Virus record (IMG/VR): IMGVR_UViG_3300028048_003124
From: a virus
Lineage: Duplodnaviria > Caudoviricetes
DNA: 64,000 bases
Direction: 5' to 3' (one strand)
Positions 1 through 9,849 of the stretch are shown in pieces. Position 1 is the first letter of the stretch. Each line of letters begins with the position of its first letter. The translations under genes and the position numbers were made by a program. The notes below the pieces were generated by a model. That model saw only the letters and a list, made by a program, of their open reading frames with translations, ran no database searches and was not told where the DNA came from.

Positions 1-13
1 ATAAAAGAAGTCC

Positions 14-42
14 TTGCAAAAAGAAGAGAATTGTGTTACAAT
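14..42 (+). promoter_or_regulatory. sigma-A type promoter (TTGCAA-17-TACAAT, extended -10 TG)
   Basis: ttgcaa 14-19, 17-nt spacer, tacaat 37-42; AAGGAGG RBS follows. Confidence 0.7.
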
Positions 43-71
43 TAACCTACAAAAGCAAGGAGGTTGTTACA

Positions 72-728
72 ATGAAAAATAATAGTGGGTTTGTAAATAA
101 CGAAAAAGTATCTCCGAAATCAGATGGTATTAAGGTTAAGGGGTATGAGGCATTAGTCAATAGGATTGGTGAGGAGAGGGTTGCCAACAACGGTCTTATG
201 ATGAAGATCGTAGGGTATCGAAACGCAAATGATATTGACGTCCTTTTCGAGGATGGTACACTTGTTGTAGGTAAGTCTTATGCATCTTTCCTTAAGGGCA
301 GTATTGCTAAGAAGAAAACTGAGCTTGAGTGTATTTCAGACTCCTTAACTGAGTTATACGATACATTCTGTGATGATGGCGCGAAGATACGTGAGATTAT
401 CATAACCTTTGTTGAAGACCATGAGTTTCAAATCATTTCAGACAAGGGTATTTTTTATATAAACAACAATAATCATTTGGTCGATAAGATCATTCATGAC
501 GCTTCTTTTGCGTTAAAGAGATACCCTCACAAAAGTGCTGTACTCAATAAATTGTACAGACGTGTTATGAGATATATCAACTATCGTAAAATCAATGTAT
601 CTAAAGTTACATTCGAGATTGACAACGAGAGATTTACCTCGTCGGGTGTTACTATAACCTCTGAGAGTGTTAACTATGTTGAGGGTTTTATACATTTTTC
701 TTTTTCGACGAATCTGTCTAAAGCTTAG
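72..728 (+). CDS. hypothetical protein with N-terminal RIGE...YRNANDIDVLFEDG module seen in Clostridia phage/MGE proteins
   Basis: ORF; ATG at 72 preceded by AAGGAGG. Confidence 0.6.
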   Translation: MKNNSGFVNNEKVSPKSDGIKVKGYEALVNRIGEERVANNGLMMKIVGYRNANDIDVLFEDGTLVVGKSYASFLKGSIAKKKTELECISDSLTELYDTFCDDGAKIREIIITFVEDHEFQIISDKGIFYINNNNHLVDKIIHDASFALKRYPHKSAVLNKLYRRVMRYINYRKINVSKVTFEIDNERFTSSGVTITSESVNYVEGFIHFSFSTNLSKA

Positions 729-755
729 TAATACCAATATTTTCTCTTTATAGGG

Positions 756-1598
756 GTGATTTTGGTGGTATATTTCCTCAACGAGGGTAGGTTCATACCT
801 AAGGATGATAAGGATGTTGTTATTTACGCTGTGTTGCTTAATGCCCAGAGACTTGATGCTGAAAGGGTAGTGGGCAAGACATTCATGACTACAAACAAGT
901 TTTTAGCTTATAACTCAACACAGGGTGTAAAAGGCTCTGTAAGTAGGAAATGTAGCACCTTGTATGCAGCTAAGAAGATGTGTGATAAGCCAATACTTTT
1001 CTATAAGACAGCCAAAGGCAATAATACCATAAAATCTGATAGCTTGCCTTTTTCTTATACAGATCATTACAGTTATGCCTATATTGATGGCTCTTTTAAC
1101 GACAGGTCAGAGGTATATGGTTGGGGAGGTTTTTTAGATAAGAACGGCATACGTCACATATTAAAGGGTAGTAGAAAAGATGACTATTCTAGATATGGTA
1201 GCGTAGCAGGAGAACTTTTTGGTGTCATCGATACTTTGAAGAAAGCCAGAGAGATTGGAGTAAGTGGTCTTATAATTTACTATGACTTTGATTGTATATA
1301 TCGGTACTTGCTTGGAAGTCATGGTAGTAAAAATGATATCGCTATGTTGTATAAAGATACGGTAAAAGAAGCAATAAGTGATGGTTTGGATTTGATACTC
1401 GTCAAATTATCAAGCCATTCGGGTATTGCTGGAAATGATATAGCTGATCGCTTAGCGAGAGAAGCCGTTGGTCTAAGATCAGTAGGATGTTTACCATCAG
1501 GTTTCTTTAAGCCTAAGTGTAGATACCGTTGTTTTCCTGTAGAGTTTGCAGGAAAACGTATAACTGCTGATACTTTTATAAGTAGTGAGGTAGATTAA
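756..1598 (+). CDS. ribonuclease HI-domain protein
   Basis: Catalytic motifs YIDGSFN, AGELFG, YYD, SHSGIAGNDIADRLA. Confidence 0.85.
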   Translation: MILVVYFLNEGRFIPKDDKDVVIYAVLLNAQRLDAERVVGKTFMTTNKFLAYNSTQGVKGSVSRKCSTLYAAKKMCDKPILFYKTAKGNNTIKSDSLPFSYTDHYSYAYIDGSFNDRSEVYGWGGFLDKNGIRHILKGSRKDDYSRYGSVAGELFGVIDTLKKAREIGVSGLIIYYDFDCIYRYLLGSHGSKNDIAMLYKDTVKEAISDGLDLILVKLSSHSGIAGNDIADRLAREAVGLRSVGCLPSGFFKPKCRYRCFPVEFAGKRITADTFISSEVD

Positions 1599-1599
1599 A

Positions 1600-1788
1600 A
1601 TGCTTGTCATAAAGTTAAGAGAAGCACATGGCTACCCAGAAACGTATGTATATGATTGTTTTGGCAATTTATTGTACTGTGTAGATGGTAGTTGTAATGT
1701 TATATCAGGTGATCCTAAATACGATGAGTATGAGTGGGTTGACTATAGTTACAATTCTACTATGGATACCTTGATTGTAATAGTTTAA
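1600..1788 (+). CDS. small hypothetical protein
   Basis: ORF coupled to upstream gene, GAGG RBS. Confidence 0.5.
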   Translation: MLVIKLREAHGYPETYVYDCFGNLLYCVDGSCNVISGDPKYDEYEWVDYSYNSTMDTLIVIV

Positions 1789-1808
1789 GTACAGTTTGGA
1801 GGTGTAGT

Positions 1809-2027
1809 ATGTTTAAGGTAAGTTTCTTTGTAAAAGAGATGGTTGTTAATGGTGTTAAGAAGTACACTGACCAGGTAGTAAAGGCTTATTCTATCGAAGA
1901 GGCTATTAAAGCCCTGATAGAAGATGCGTACAACTATAGAAGAGTTTATGGTGGTGTGGCTGATTTATCCAACTGGGTAATTTTCAGAGGCAACACAGGC
2001 AACAGGATTTATACATTTGATACATAA
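1809..2027 (+). CDS. small hypothetical protein
   Basis: ORF with GGAGGT RBS. Confidence 0.65.
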   Translation: MFKVSFFVKEMVVNGVKKYTDQVVKAYSIEEAIKALIEDAYNYRRVYGGVADLSNWVIFRGNTGNRIYTFDT

Positions 2028-2107
2028 GTTTCTACCAACCATTTAATGGTTGTTAGATATAAGTCCGCACTTTGTTGTTTTCATGTGGACTAAAATTCCT
2101 TTCTTTT

Positions 2108-2150
2108 AGGGCAGTCGCTGTAGTTTCGAGCTATGGCGACTGTTCTTTTT
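2108..2150 (+). terminator. intrinsic terminator
   Basis: gggcagtcgctgtag / ctatggcgactgttc hairpin plus T-run. Confidence 0.8.
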
Positions 2151-2494
2151 AATTGGTGAAAACTGGTGGTATGTGGATACGGTATAAGTTTAGTAAAGAT
2201 TAGTGTTTATTTAGGTGTTGTAGATTGATCGGAATTTTCGTAGAATACAAAAACTGGCAAGAGATGTGTGGTCGTTAGTTATGCTAATACCATAAGAGTT
2301 TATGATAGAAATTTCCTAAAAATTAGGAGTAATTTTCGGTTGAGTCGTTGGTGGGGCAGTGCTTTCTAAGATGGTCGATTTTCAACATTATAAAAGAAGT
2401 GTATTTTAAGATTACAGTAGTGAGTTTTAAAGAGGTTGAGTAGAAGAGGGTATTCAAAACGTACTCTTAGATTGTTATATTTTGATATTTAAAT

Positions 2495-2695
2495 TTAGAT
2501 ACTAGAAGAATTTTATTAGAATTTATAAGGATAAAACCCTTTATTGATATACAATTTTAGATTCTATAAGTTTATTTTAGTCTGAGTATGTGTATTTGTT
2601 GAATATGTTTGTACTTTTTTAGTTCTATGAAGTATAAAATTAGAAAAAAGAAAGAATTTATTAGAGTTTAGAAATATTTTATTAGAAACTATAAT
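2495..2695 (+). repeat. 21-bp-phased TTAGA-N3-TAGAAG array 1
   Basis: Units start at 2495, 2516, 2557, 2619, 2640, 2661, 2682. Confidence 0.75.
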
Positions 2696-2820
2696 GAGAA
2701 TTGTTTGATACACTGATGGTATATTTATGTGTAAGTTGTATCGGGTGCATTGCTTTAAGTAAAATAATTATTTTTAGTGGTTTTCCAAGAAATATTTTTA
2801 TGAGAGGAGAAGTTTGTAGT

Positions 2821-4074
2821 ATGAGTTATTTGTACGACAGTTTAAGAGATGCTCTTGGTGGTAAGAACTTTACTAGTGGCAAATACATATCAAATTGGTC
2901 GCCAAACGAAGTAAGGGGTATTGTCTTGATGAGAGATTTTATTCTTATTGCGGACTATATCAAATCGCCAAAAATTGTTAAGTTAGATTACAATGATGTA
3001 GCTTTCGACCTACAGAACAGAAATAGACGTGGAAATCTAAACAATTTATTAAGCAGTAGGCAGCTTTCCTGTTTGGAGGAGATTTACGTTGACGAAGGTA
3101 TGAGATCGTATAGAGATGTCATAGATTTAGCAGCATACGTAAATAGCCTTGTAAGTAGCAGCAGTAGGCTAAGGTACTATGGGTATGTAAGTGGCTTCAG
3201 AGCAGATATGATTAGAGACTTATATCAAAAGGCTTTAATGAATGGCTCTATGGACTTCACACTAGCAGAGACTTTGGGTAATTTCCAATTCGCTACAACA
3301 AATAATACAGAGTGGTACAGCAAGTATAATCTAAGACCCCAATTTTACGGGGTAGACGTAGACGGTGGTAGATTAAGCACATACTTTAAAAAGTGTGAGA
3401 GTGTTATTGGGGCAATAGAGAGGGAAAAGAGTGGCAAGATTGAAGAGCTAAACGAGTTGATAAGGATTAAAGAAGCTTTCCTGTTTGATTACAACAGTGT
3501 TGAGAGCCTCAGGTACCTGTTCTTATTTGGTAAGTTTTTGGGAAATACTGATATGGTTGGCAGACGTATAGGCAAGAATTTACTTGAAAGTCTGAGAAAG
3601 TGTACCAGTGTTGATGGTTTAACTTATCCTAAACTTGCAGATGCTCTTAGAAAAGGTAATGTACCAAGTGACGGAAGGGTACAGTACCTCTTTAATCAGT
3701 ATAAAGAGTTAGGTCTGTATGATAAGGCAGATAGCAAAAAAGAATTCAAGTTGGAGGAGACAGACAAATTAGGAAACAAACACGAGGTAAAGGGTATATA
3801 CAGGCTTGGTGAAAGGCTTGATACGTTGTTAGCAGGTATGTTTAGGGCTAACAGTAACTGGAAATTGTTTTATCTAATGTCTTGTAAGCGTTGTAACAGC
3901 TTACCTGCGGGAAAATTATCATATGAGTTAGAGAAAGATGGAGTTCTTTTCTGTGGTGTTAACGGTAGTGTGTCGAATGGAGATGGTGTACAAGAGTTAG
4001 TAAAATTCTTGTACGATTTGTCTGGATATTCAGAAGAAGGTTTCAAACGGGTATGTACCAGAGAAAGAAAGTGA
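2821..4074 (+). CDS. hypothetical protein
   Basis: Long ORF; ATG 2821 preceded by GAGGAG. Confidence 0.75.
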   Translation: MSYLYDSLRDALGGKNFTSGKYISNWSPNEVRGIVLMRDFILIADYIKSPKIVKLDYNDVAFDLQNRNRRGNLNNLLSSRQLSCLEEIYVDEGMRSYRDVIDLAAYVNSLVSSSSRLRYYGYVSGFRADMIRDLYQKALMNGSMDFTLAETLGNFQFATTNNTEWYSKYNLRPQFYGVDVDGGRLSTYFKKCESVIGAIEREKSGKIEELNELIRIKEAFLFDYNSVESLRYLFLFGKFLGNTDMVGRRIGKNLLESLRKCTSVDGLTYPKLADALRKGNVPSDGRVQYLFNQYKELGLYDKADSKKEFKLEETDKLGNKHEVKGIYRLGERLDTLLAGMFRANSNWKLFYLMSCKRCNSLPAGKLSYELEKDGVLFCGVNGSVSNGDGVQELVKFLYDLSGYSEEGFKRVCTRERK

Positions 4075-4087
4075 GGTTATTTTAAGA

Positions 4088-7000
4088 ATGGATACTAATT
4101 TAAAGGCTAACATAAGTTCAGAGTATGGTAAGCTGAGTAATTGGGAGAAATCAAGGGTAGTAAAATACCTCAGATTGCTTGGTAAGAACAACTTTGATGT
4201 AATAACTTACTGTCAGATTGATGGCGTAGATTTGAATGGTCTAGAACACGCTTTTCAGGGAGAGGGTTCAGATGGCGAGTTAGGGTATCTACACTTACTG
4301 GTAGATGCTATAACACTATCTAAAGAGAAGAACAAAGGTCTGCCTGTCAGTATGTGCCTAAGTGATGATATTGAGGTAGCTGAGGTGCTTGGGCATAAAG
4401 GCTCAGAGTGTGTAGGTATCGATGGTGCGATAGGTGCGTGGAATATAGAGGTAGGAAAGGGTACTAAGGAAAAGTATGACGGCGCTGATGATAGTTGGGA
4501 AGATCAGAAGAAAGAGGATGAAGAGCGCAAGAAGAGGGAAGAAGAGGATAGAAAGAGAAGAGAGGCTGAGGATAAGGCTAAGGATGAGGAGCGGAAAAAG
4601 GAAGAGGAAAAATCCAAGCACCGTGATGAGTATGACAATCTAAGAGAAGAGATACGCAAGATTTTCAATCTTTCAATAACTCAGAACGTAGAGGGTATTC
4701 TGGAAAGGTATAGACTTCTGTTAGAGTCTGGCTATGACCTAGAAAGACCTTATGGTATTGTAAGCTCATTGGGTGTTATTTACTTAGATAGTGATAACGT
4801 GTTGAAGGTTAGAGAAGATTATGAACATGATATTGATATCAACTCATCTTTAAACATGTATAACTATTTTGAGGGTAAGTTAAATTTCGAAGAGTCTGAT
4901 TCTCGTTCTGCAAAGATGATAGGTGCAGATATACTCGAGGGTTACAGAATGCATAAGACTATTTACTTCCCTAATAAGCTGTTAGAGTATGCTTATGGTA
5001 GAGCAAGTAGTAGAGAGGAAAGTAAAAATTACTCTTACGCAAAGAGAAATGGTGAAGGCATAAGTACCAAATGGGGTAAGATGCGTGACATGATAAGGGA
5101 GGATTTGAAGATTGTTATTGAAAATTCTCTTGTTGTCTATTGTGTAAACATTCTCGGTTGTGATAAGAGTGGCAAAGATGCCAGAGAGAAGATAGTCAAG
5201 AGTGGCAAGAACTCTGAAGTTGAGGGTTTTATCAAGTATATCTCTAACAGTATGAGTAACTGTGTTATCATTATGGAATATAAGAGTACTCAGAGCAAAC
5301 CCTTAAAAATGAGGATTAGGGTATGTGATCCGAGTGGTAGTTGTTATCAAAACATGATTGGCGAGATTATAAATGTTGCTTTTTCTGGAAACACTGGTGG
5401 TTCTGAGGGTGTAACTTTATCAAGCAGTCTTAATGAGGTTGATAGTAACACATATAAGGTTTATGAATATGCCCATGAGTTTAATCATGTGCTTAGTAAT
5501 GCTATGCCTTTGTTTGCATATAAAGCATATGAAAAGTTAGCTGAGAAAGGCGAGAGTATTTCTTTCAAAGATCTAGTTCTTGGGCAGAGCATAGATGGAA
5601 CAATATTAAGAAATGGTACTCATGGTGTGAATTTGAGTGGCAATTTATTCCATTACATCAATGCAGGAAGCCGATCGGGTAAAGGTGTTATGACACTAAA
5701 CATGGTAGCAGGGGCATTACTAAGTGGTAAGGCTCTGTTTTACTTAGACAATAAACCAGATATGGCATCTATGTTAAGTGAGATAGGAGGAGGCAACACA
5801 GCAAGTGGACCCTCTTTCTTTGCATTGAATGGTAGTAACTACAATGATGACAAACAGGCTCAGTTTACAATGCAAGATTCTTGGATAAACCCAGAGCACA
5901 TACCAGTAGAGGTAGTCGAGCTTTTTGGAGAACCGAGTTGGAGTAAGCTTGGAGATTTGTTTTACATGAGAGCATATACTCTTGCTTTTGGTATAATTCT
6001 TGCAAGGGGTTTAGATGGAGGTCACGGCAAGGGTGATGATGAACGATTTGGAGGAAAACAGGGTATTTTCCTTATTTGTGATGAAACAAATATACTCCAA
6101 GATAAATTCAGATTACTTATGGAAGTGGTAGCTGATAAGATACCTTTACAGAGTAAGAATTTTAAGTCTATGTCGGCAGCTTTAATTGCCAAGTATAACG
6201 AGATGAATACAGAAGGTGCAAGAAAGGGTATTGAGGCAAAGTACGATACCATGAAACGTGATTTCGAGGAAGCCTTTAATGCGCACAAGTTTTATGCTTT
6301 AAGCTTGCTCAATATGTTTGCTGATAATATAAGTTATCTTGGTGATAAAAGTAATGCAGGTTTCTTGAGAGCTGAGTTTGAAAAGTCAGACGTAGCGGTA
6401 ATTGGTCAGAACCTAGAGCAAAGACCTATAAGCAAAGAGACAATAAGAACTTCTGTTAGTAGTGCAAGATTAACAGGAGAGGCAAGTGGTGCAAAGGGAT
6501 TAGGAGGAACGCAAGTAGCTAAAGACGTAAAGGGTAGTGCAAGCATACCTTTAGCGCATTTTGTGTTTAGTAGTTCTGATGCATTAATAGGTTATAACAG
6601 TATACATCCAGAATATCTTGCTCAAACCGAGGCTGGAAGTAATGCTTTCGGCAGACTAGATTTGAGTGCAAATAATTTCTGTTATCTTCCGAGGTTAAAT
6701 CTTGTAGAGGATGAGAAACCTGCTGTACAGTTAACAAAATCAAAGGCAAATGAGCAGAGTAGTGTTTACTTTAAACCGTATCTTATACTTAATAATTCTA
6801 GTGATGCTTATACAAGCCAGATGTTTGAAAGGGTAGCAAACGCTGGACTTCTTCCAGAAGATGTTATAAGGGAGTACCCAGATGAAAACAACAGTGGAAA
6901 AATAAGTCCTTTTGTTGGATTCCCTGAATACATGAGTCTTATGGGAGTTACTGATATTGCTGATAGACTGAAGAAGAGTGCTGACATAGCTAATTTTGTA

Positions 7001-8479
7001 GTAGGTCAGGTATTGGGGTACCCAGATGATGGAAGTGGACGTCCTTTATGGTTACAATTAGTAACAGATTTACGTCCAGAGTGGATATTTTCCTTGAAGG
7101 ATGTTGCTTGTCTTAGTGGTGGTTTAATTAGAGATGCAAATTTACCTAAAGAAAAGAACAATCCTTTAGTTAAAGAGTATTATGATTATATTAAGTTCGT
7201 CACAGAAAATACAGATTTAGGCATTACAGACAACTCCATGAGTAGAGAAGGGGTTATGTATGTAGATGATAATGGTGATGTTAACTGGGATTTAACGGGT
7301 TATGAGAGAGATGGTGGAACGGGTGATTTCGACGCTGATGACGAATATGATGAGAATGGTTATGTAAGTAGAATGCAGAGAGGTCTTGGCGATGATGAGG
7401 TATATGAAGATGACGAGGAAATAGACGATTTCTTCGGTGATGAAGATACTGACTATCATGACGGTTTTGAGACTGCTGATGTATTCGATGCCAGTAGCAA
7501 TGTTGTAGGAAGCAGAGAAGGTTATGCCTATGAGATGGCTGAAAAAGATAGGCAGATAGCTGAATTACTCCAGAAGCTCAAGGAAGCAGGGTATAGTGAT
7601 AAAGACCTAGAAGGGTATGGGGTATTTAGTAGCGGAAGCTCAGGTCAAGGTGTTGATTGCGGATACAGAGTACCAGAAGATAGATATGAGTTTGGCAGGA
7701 CTGATTTCGATGGTATGGGTGAAGGCTTTGCCAGTACTGATGATGAAATCAGAGCTACAACGATGGCTCATTTAATACAGAAGATAACTGACAGAGTATT
7801 GGTAGACTTTGGAGGACCTGAGCGTTTCAAGAGTATTCGAGTTATTGGCGGTGCATTGATCGTAAATGGTCTAGCCTATCGTTGCAAAGTAAGCAAGGAT
7901 TGCATAGGTCTTTTACCTCTTGACATAAGGCGTAAGGTTCACGCAGGAAACATCGCCGATCTGTTCAATTGGAGTGCTTTATATCGTATGCCAAATCTGA
8001 AGGGTTTGGAGTTTGATTCTATCAACTTTGTGAGCACTGAGGTTGCCAGTATGCTTGGCTTTGGAAGTAATATTTCTGTAGAGAGTTTCTTTGATGCTTT
8101 TCCAAGTTTGTTAGGTCTCATCCTTGGCAAGAATAGATTTACAAGACAGAATTATAAGCAGGAGATGCAGGATTGTGATCTATTCTACTATCAAAGCAGG
8201 GGTACTGCTTACGCAGGTGCCTGTGACAGTGTATTAAGTAAGTGGACAAAAAATTCTTGGACATTCACAAAGAATATGCTTACGGATAGGAACAAAGGGG
8301 TATTCACAAGGGTTTTAGGTGTAATGTTTGGTGGCGCAGCGTCTGCTGTAACTGGTGTAGCAGCCTTAGGAGCAAAAGGAGCTAAAGGTATAGGGCAGAT
8401 GGTAGATAAGAAGAAAAACAAAGGAAGAATAGGCAAGGGTATCGATGTTGTTAAAGAGACTTTTAAGGATCTCTTTTAA
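4088..8479 (+). CDS. large P-loop ATPase (FtsK/HerA/VirD4-like core) with charged coiled-coil and acidic regions
   Basis: Walker A-like AGSRSGKG, FYLDNKPD, Walker B-like FLICDE. Confidence 0.6.
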   Translation: MDTNLKANISSEYGKLSNWEKSRVVKYLRLLGKNNFDVITYCQIDGVDLNGLEHAFQGEGSDGELGYLHLLVDAITLSKEKNKGLPVSMCLSDDIEVAEVLGHKGSECVGIDGAIGAWNIEVGKGTKEKYDGADDSWEDQKKEDEERKKREEEDRKRREAEDKAKDEERKKEEEKSKHRDEYDNLREEIRKIFNLSITQNVEGILERYRLLLESGYDLERPYGIVSSLGVIYLDSDNVLKVREDYEHDIDINSSLNMYNYFEGKLNFEESDSRSAKMIGADILEGYRMHKTIYFPNKLLEYAYGRASSREESKNYSYAKRNGEGISTKWGKMRDMIREDLKIVIENSLVVYCVNILGCDKSGKDAREKIVKSGKNSEVEGFIKYISNSMSNCVIIMEYKSTQSKPLKMRIRVCDPSGSCYQNMIGEIINVAFSGNTGGSEGVTLSSSLNEVDSNTYKVYEYAHEFNHVLSNAMPLFAYKAYEKLAEKGESISFKDLVLGQSIDGTILRNGTHGVNLSGNLFHYINAGSRSGKGVMTLNMVAGALLSGKALFYLDNKPDMASMLSEIGGGNTASGPSFFALNGSNYNDDKQAQFTMQDSWINPEHIPVEVVELFGEPSWSKLGDLFYMRAYTLAFGIILARGLDGGHGKGDDERFGGKQGIFLICDETNILQDKFRLLMEVVADKIPLQSKNFKSMSAALIAKYNEMNTEGARKGIEAKYDTMKRDFEEAFNAHKFYALSLLNMFADNISYLGDKSNAGFLRAEFEKSDVAVIGQNLEQRPISKETIRTSVSSARLTGEASGAKGLGGTQVAKDVKGSASIPLAHFVFSSSDALIGYNSIHPEYLAQTEAGSNAFGRLDLSANNFCYLPRLNLVEDEKPAVQLTKSKANEQSSVYFKPYLILNNSSDAYTSQMFERVANAGLLPEDVIREYPDENNSGKISPFVGFPEYMSLMGVTDIADRLKKSADIANFVVGQVLGYPDDGSGRPLWLQLVTDLRPEWIFSLKDVACLSGGLIRDANLPKEKNNPLVKEYYDYIKFVTENTDLGITDNSMSREGVMYVDDNGDVNWDLTGYERDGGTGDFDADDEYDENGYVSRMQRGLGDDEVYEDDEEIDDFFGDEDTDYHDGFETADVFDASSNVVGSREGYAYEMAEKDRQIAELLQKLKEAGYSDKDLEGYGVFSSGSSGQGVDCGYRVPEDRYEFGRTDFDGMGEGFASTDDEIRATTMAHLIQKITDRVLVDFGGPERFKSIRVIGGALIVNGLAYRCKVSKDCIGLLPLDIRRKVHAGNIADLFNWSALYRMPNLKGLEFDSINFVSTEVASMLGFGSNISVESFFDAFPSLLGLILGKNRFTRQNYKQEMQDCDLFYYQSRGTAYAGACDSVLSKWTKNSWTFTKNMLTDRNKGVFTRVLGVMFGGAASAVTGVAALGAKGAKGIGQMVDKKKNKGRIGKGIDVVKETFKDLF

Positions 8480-8496
8480 AAGTCTATTGTAGCTTA

Positions 8497-8531
8497 TTAA
8501 GACGGTATTTCGGTTAGAGGTACCGTCTTAA
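8497..8531 (+). terminator. terminator-like hairpin
   Basis: ttaagacggtattt / gaggtaccgtcttaa inverted repeat after the stop codon. Confidence 0.7.
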
Positions 8532-8599
8532 ATTTTACTCAACTTGTATGTTCTTTTTACGGACGTGTTGTCCTTAAAGGAAAGAAGGTGTTTAGCTAA

Positions 8600-8893
8600 A
8601 TGGCTGTTATTCATAACCCCTATAGAGTGCTTGGTTTAAAAGAAGGATGTAGCGAGAAAGATGTAAAAAAGGCTTTTAGGCTTCTATGCAAGGAGTATCA
8701 CCCTGATATAACTGGTGCCAAGTGGGGTGACGAGTCATACAAAAAATTCCTTGAAATAAGAGATGCTTACGAGATGATTATATCAGGCAAAACATCTGTA
8801 GTATCTAACGCTAGTAATGGAAGAAGCAGTACCGACGATGATTGGTATTGGTCTCATAAAAGTTTATTCCAAATTTTTAAAAGGAGAAAGTAA
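8600..8893 (+). CDS. small J-domain (DnaJ-like) protein
   Basis: NPYRVLGL...VKKAFR...YHPD...F.EI..AYE. Confidence 0.9.
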   Translation: MAVIHNPYRVLGLKEGCSEKDVKKAFRLLCKEYHPDITGAKWGDESYKKFLEIRDAYEMIISGKTSVVSNASNGRSSTDDDWYWSHKSLFQIFKRRK

Positions 8894-8895
8894 CC

Positions 8896-9300
8896 ATGGT
8901 AAAACTTATCAAAAATGGTATCGTTAAGATGCCTTGGAGAGCAGACAGATTCTTCGAGAGTAGAACAAGAGGTTTCATCGCCGCTGTTGAGGTATATGGT
9001 ACGGAAGAAGCTCCGATCCCTGTTATCTTTCAGGAGGGAGTTGTTTTCTTGCTTGTAGATCCTGATACAGGAGATGTCGCATCTCTCGAAGAGATTGCAG
9101 AGGCGATCAAAGAGTGCTTCAACGATGGTATCTCTTGTGAGGATGGTTATCCCGATGCTTATGTTGAGCTAGGAAACATGGGTATCGATGATGAAGATGA
9201 AGCCAAAAACTGGGGTTTGACCGATGAGAACATCTCAGACATTGCTGAGAGATGTGTTGATCTTCATCCTTATTGGGAGGTTGAAGATGTTGAAATGTAG
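8896..9300 (+). CDS. acidic hypothetical protein
   Basis: ORF with AGGAG RBS; D/E-rich C-terminal half. Confidence 0.75.
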   Translation: MVKLIKNGIVKMPWRADRFFESRTRGFIAAVEVYGTEEAPIPVIFQEGVVFLLVDPDTGDVASLEEIAEAIKECFNDGISCEDGYPDAYVELGNMGIDDEDEAKNWGLTDENISDIAERCVDLHPYWEVEDVEM

Positions 9301-9342
9301 TTCTTATAAGGTTTTATGCTTTATTACCCAGATAATGTTTAT

Positions 9343-9462
9343 TTAGATCCAAGAAGTATTTTTATTAGATACTAGAAGTGTTTAAATAGACTATTTATGG
9401 TATAATTTAGAAAAAGTATATACATTATTAGATCTTAGAAGTGCATAGTTAGAATTTAAAAG
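9343..9462 (+). repeat. 21-bp-phased TTAGA-N3-TAGAAG array 2
   Basis: Units at 9343, 9365, 9386 (weak), 9407, 9428, 9449. Confidence 0.75.
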
Positions 9463-9500
9463 ATTTGCAACAGGCTATAGAGCTTGTTGCAAATCTTTTT
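9458..9500 (+). terminator. terminator hairpin overlapping the next -35 box
   Basis: aaaagatttgcaacaggc / gcttgttgcaaatctttt. Confidence 0.7.
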
Positions 9501-9515
9501 AATTTATGTTAAAAT
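9487..9515 (+). promoter_or_regulatory. sigma-A type promoter
   Basis: TTGCAA-17-TAAAAT with TG extension. Confidence 0.6.
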
Positions 9516-9813
9516 AAGTATATGTCGAGAGACCTGAAAGATTTGCGGTAGTTCATTTCTTTTACTATCTCGGCATTATAAACATCAACTTAGTTATATA
9601 ACTAGTGCACAAGTTGATTTGAGAAGCGCATGGCTCTTAGGTGTGTTTCGGTGAGTAAGCGTTGGAGTGTATAAGGATCTAAGAGAACTTTCAAGTAAGC
9701 CCATAAGGTATATGGCAAAGAAAGATTTGTATACAGGTTTTGTGAATAAGTTACGCTCCAACGACGACTCATTAAAAAAATTGCTAGAAATTTCAAAAAA
9801 ATTTCAGAGTTTA

Positions 9814-9842
9814 TTGCATATTCTACGGATATGTGTTAAACT
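9814..9842 (+). promoter_or_regulatory. sigma-A type promoter driving the large ncRNA/tRNA-Leu unit
   Basis: TTGCAT-17-TAAACT with TG extension. Confidence 0.65.
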
Positions 9843-9849
9843 ATACATA

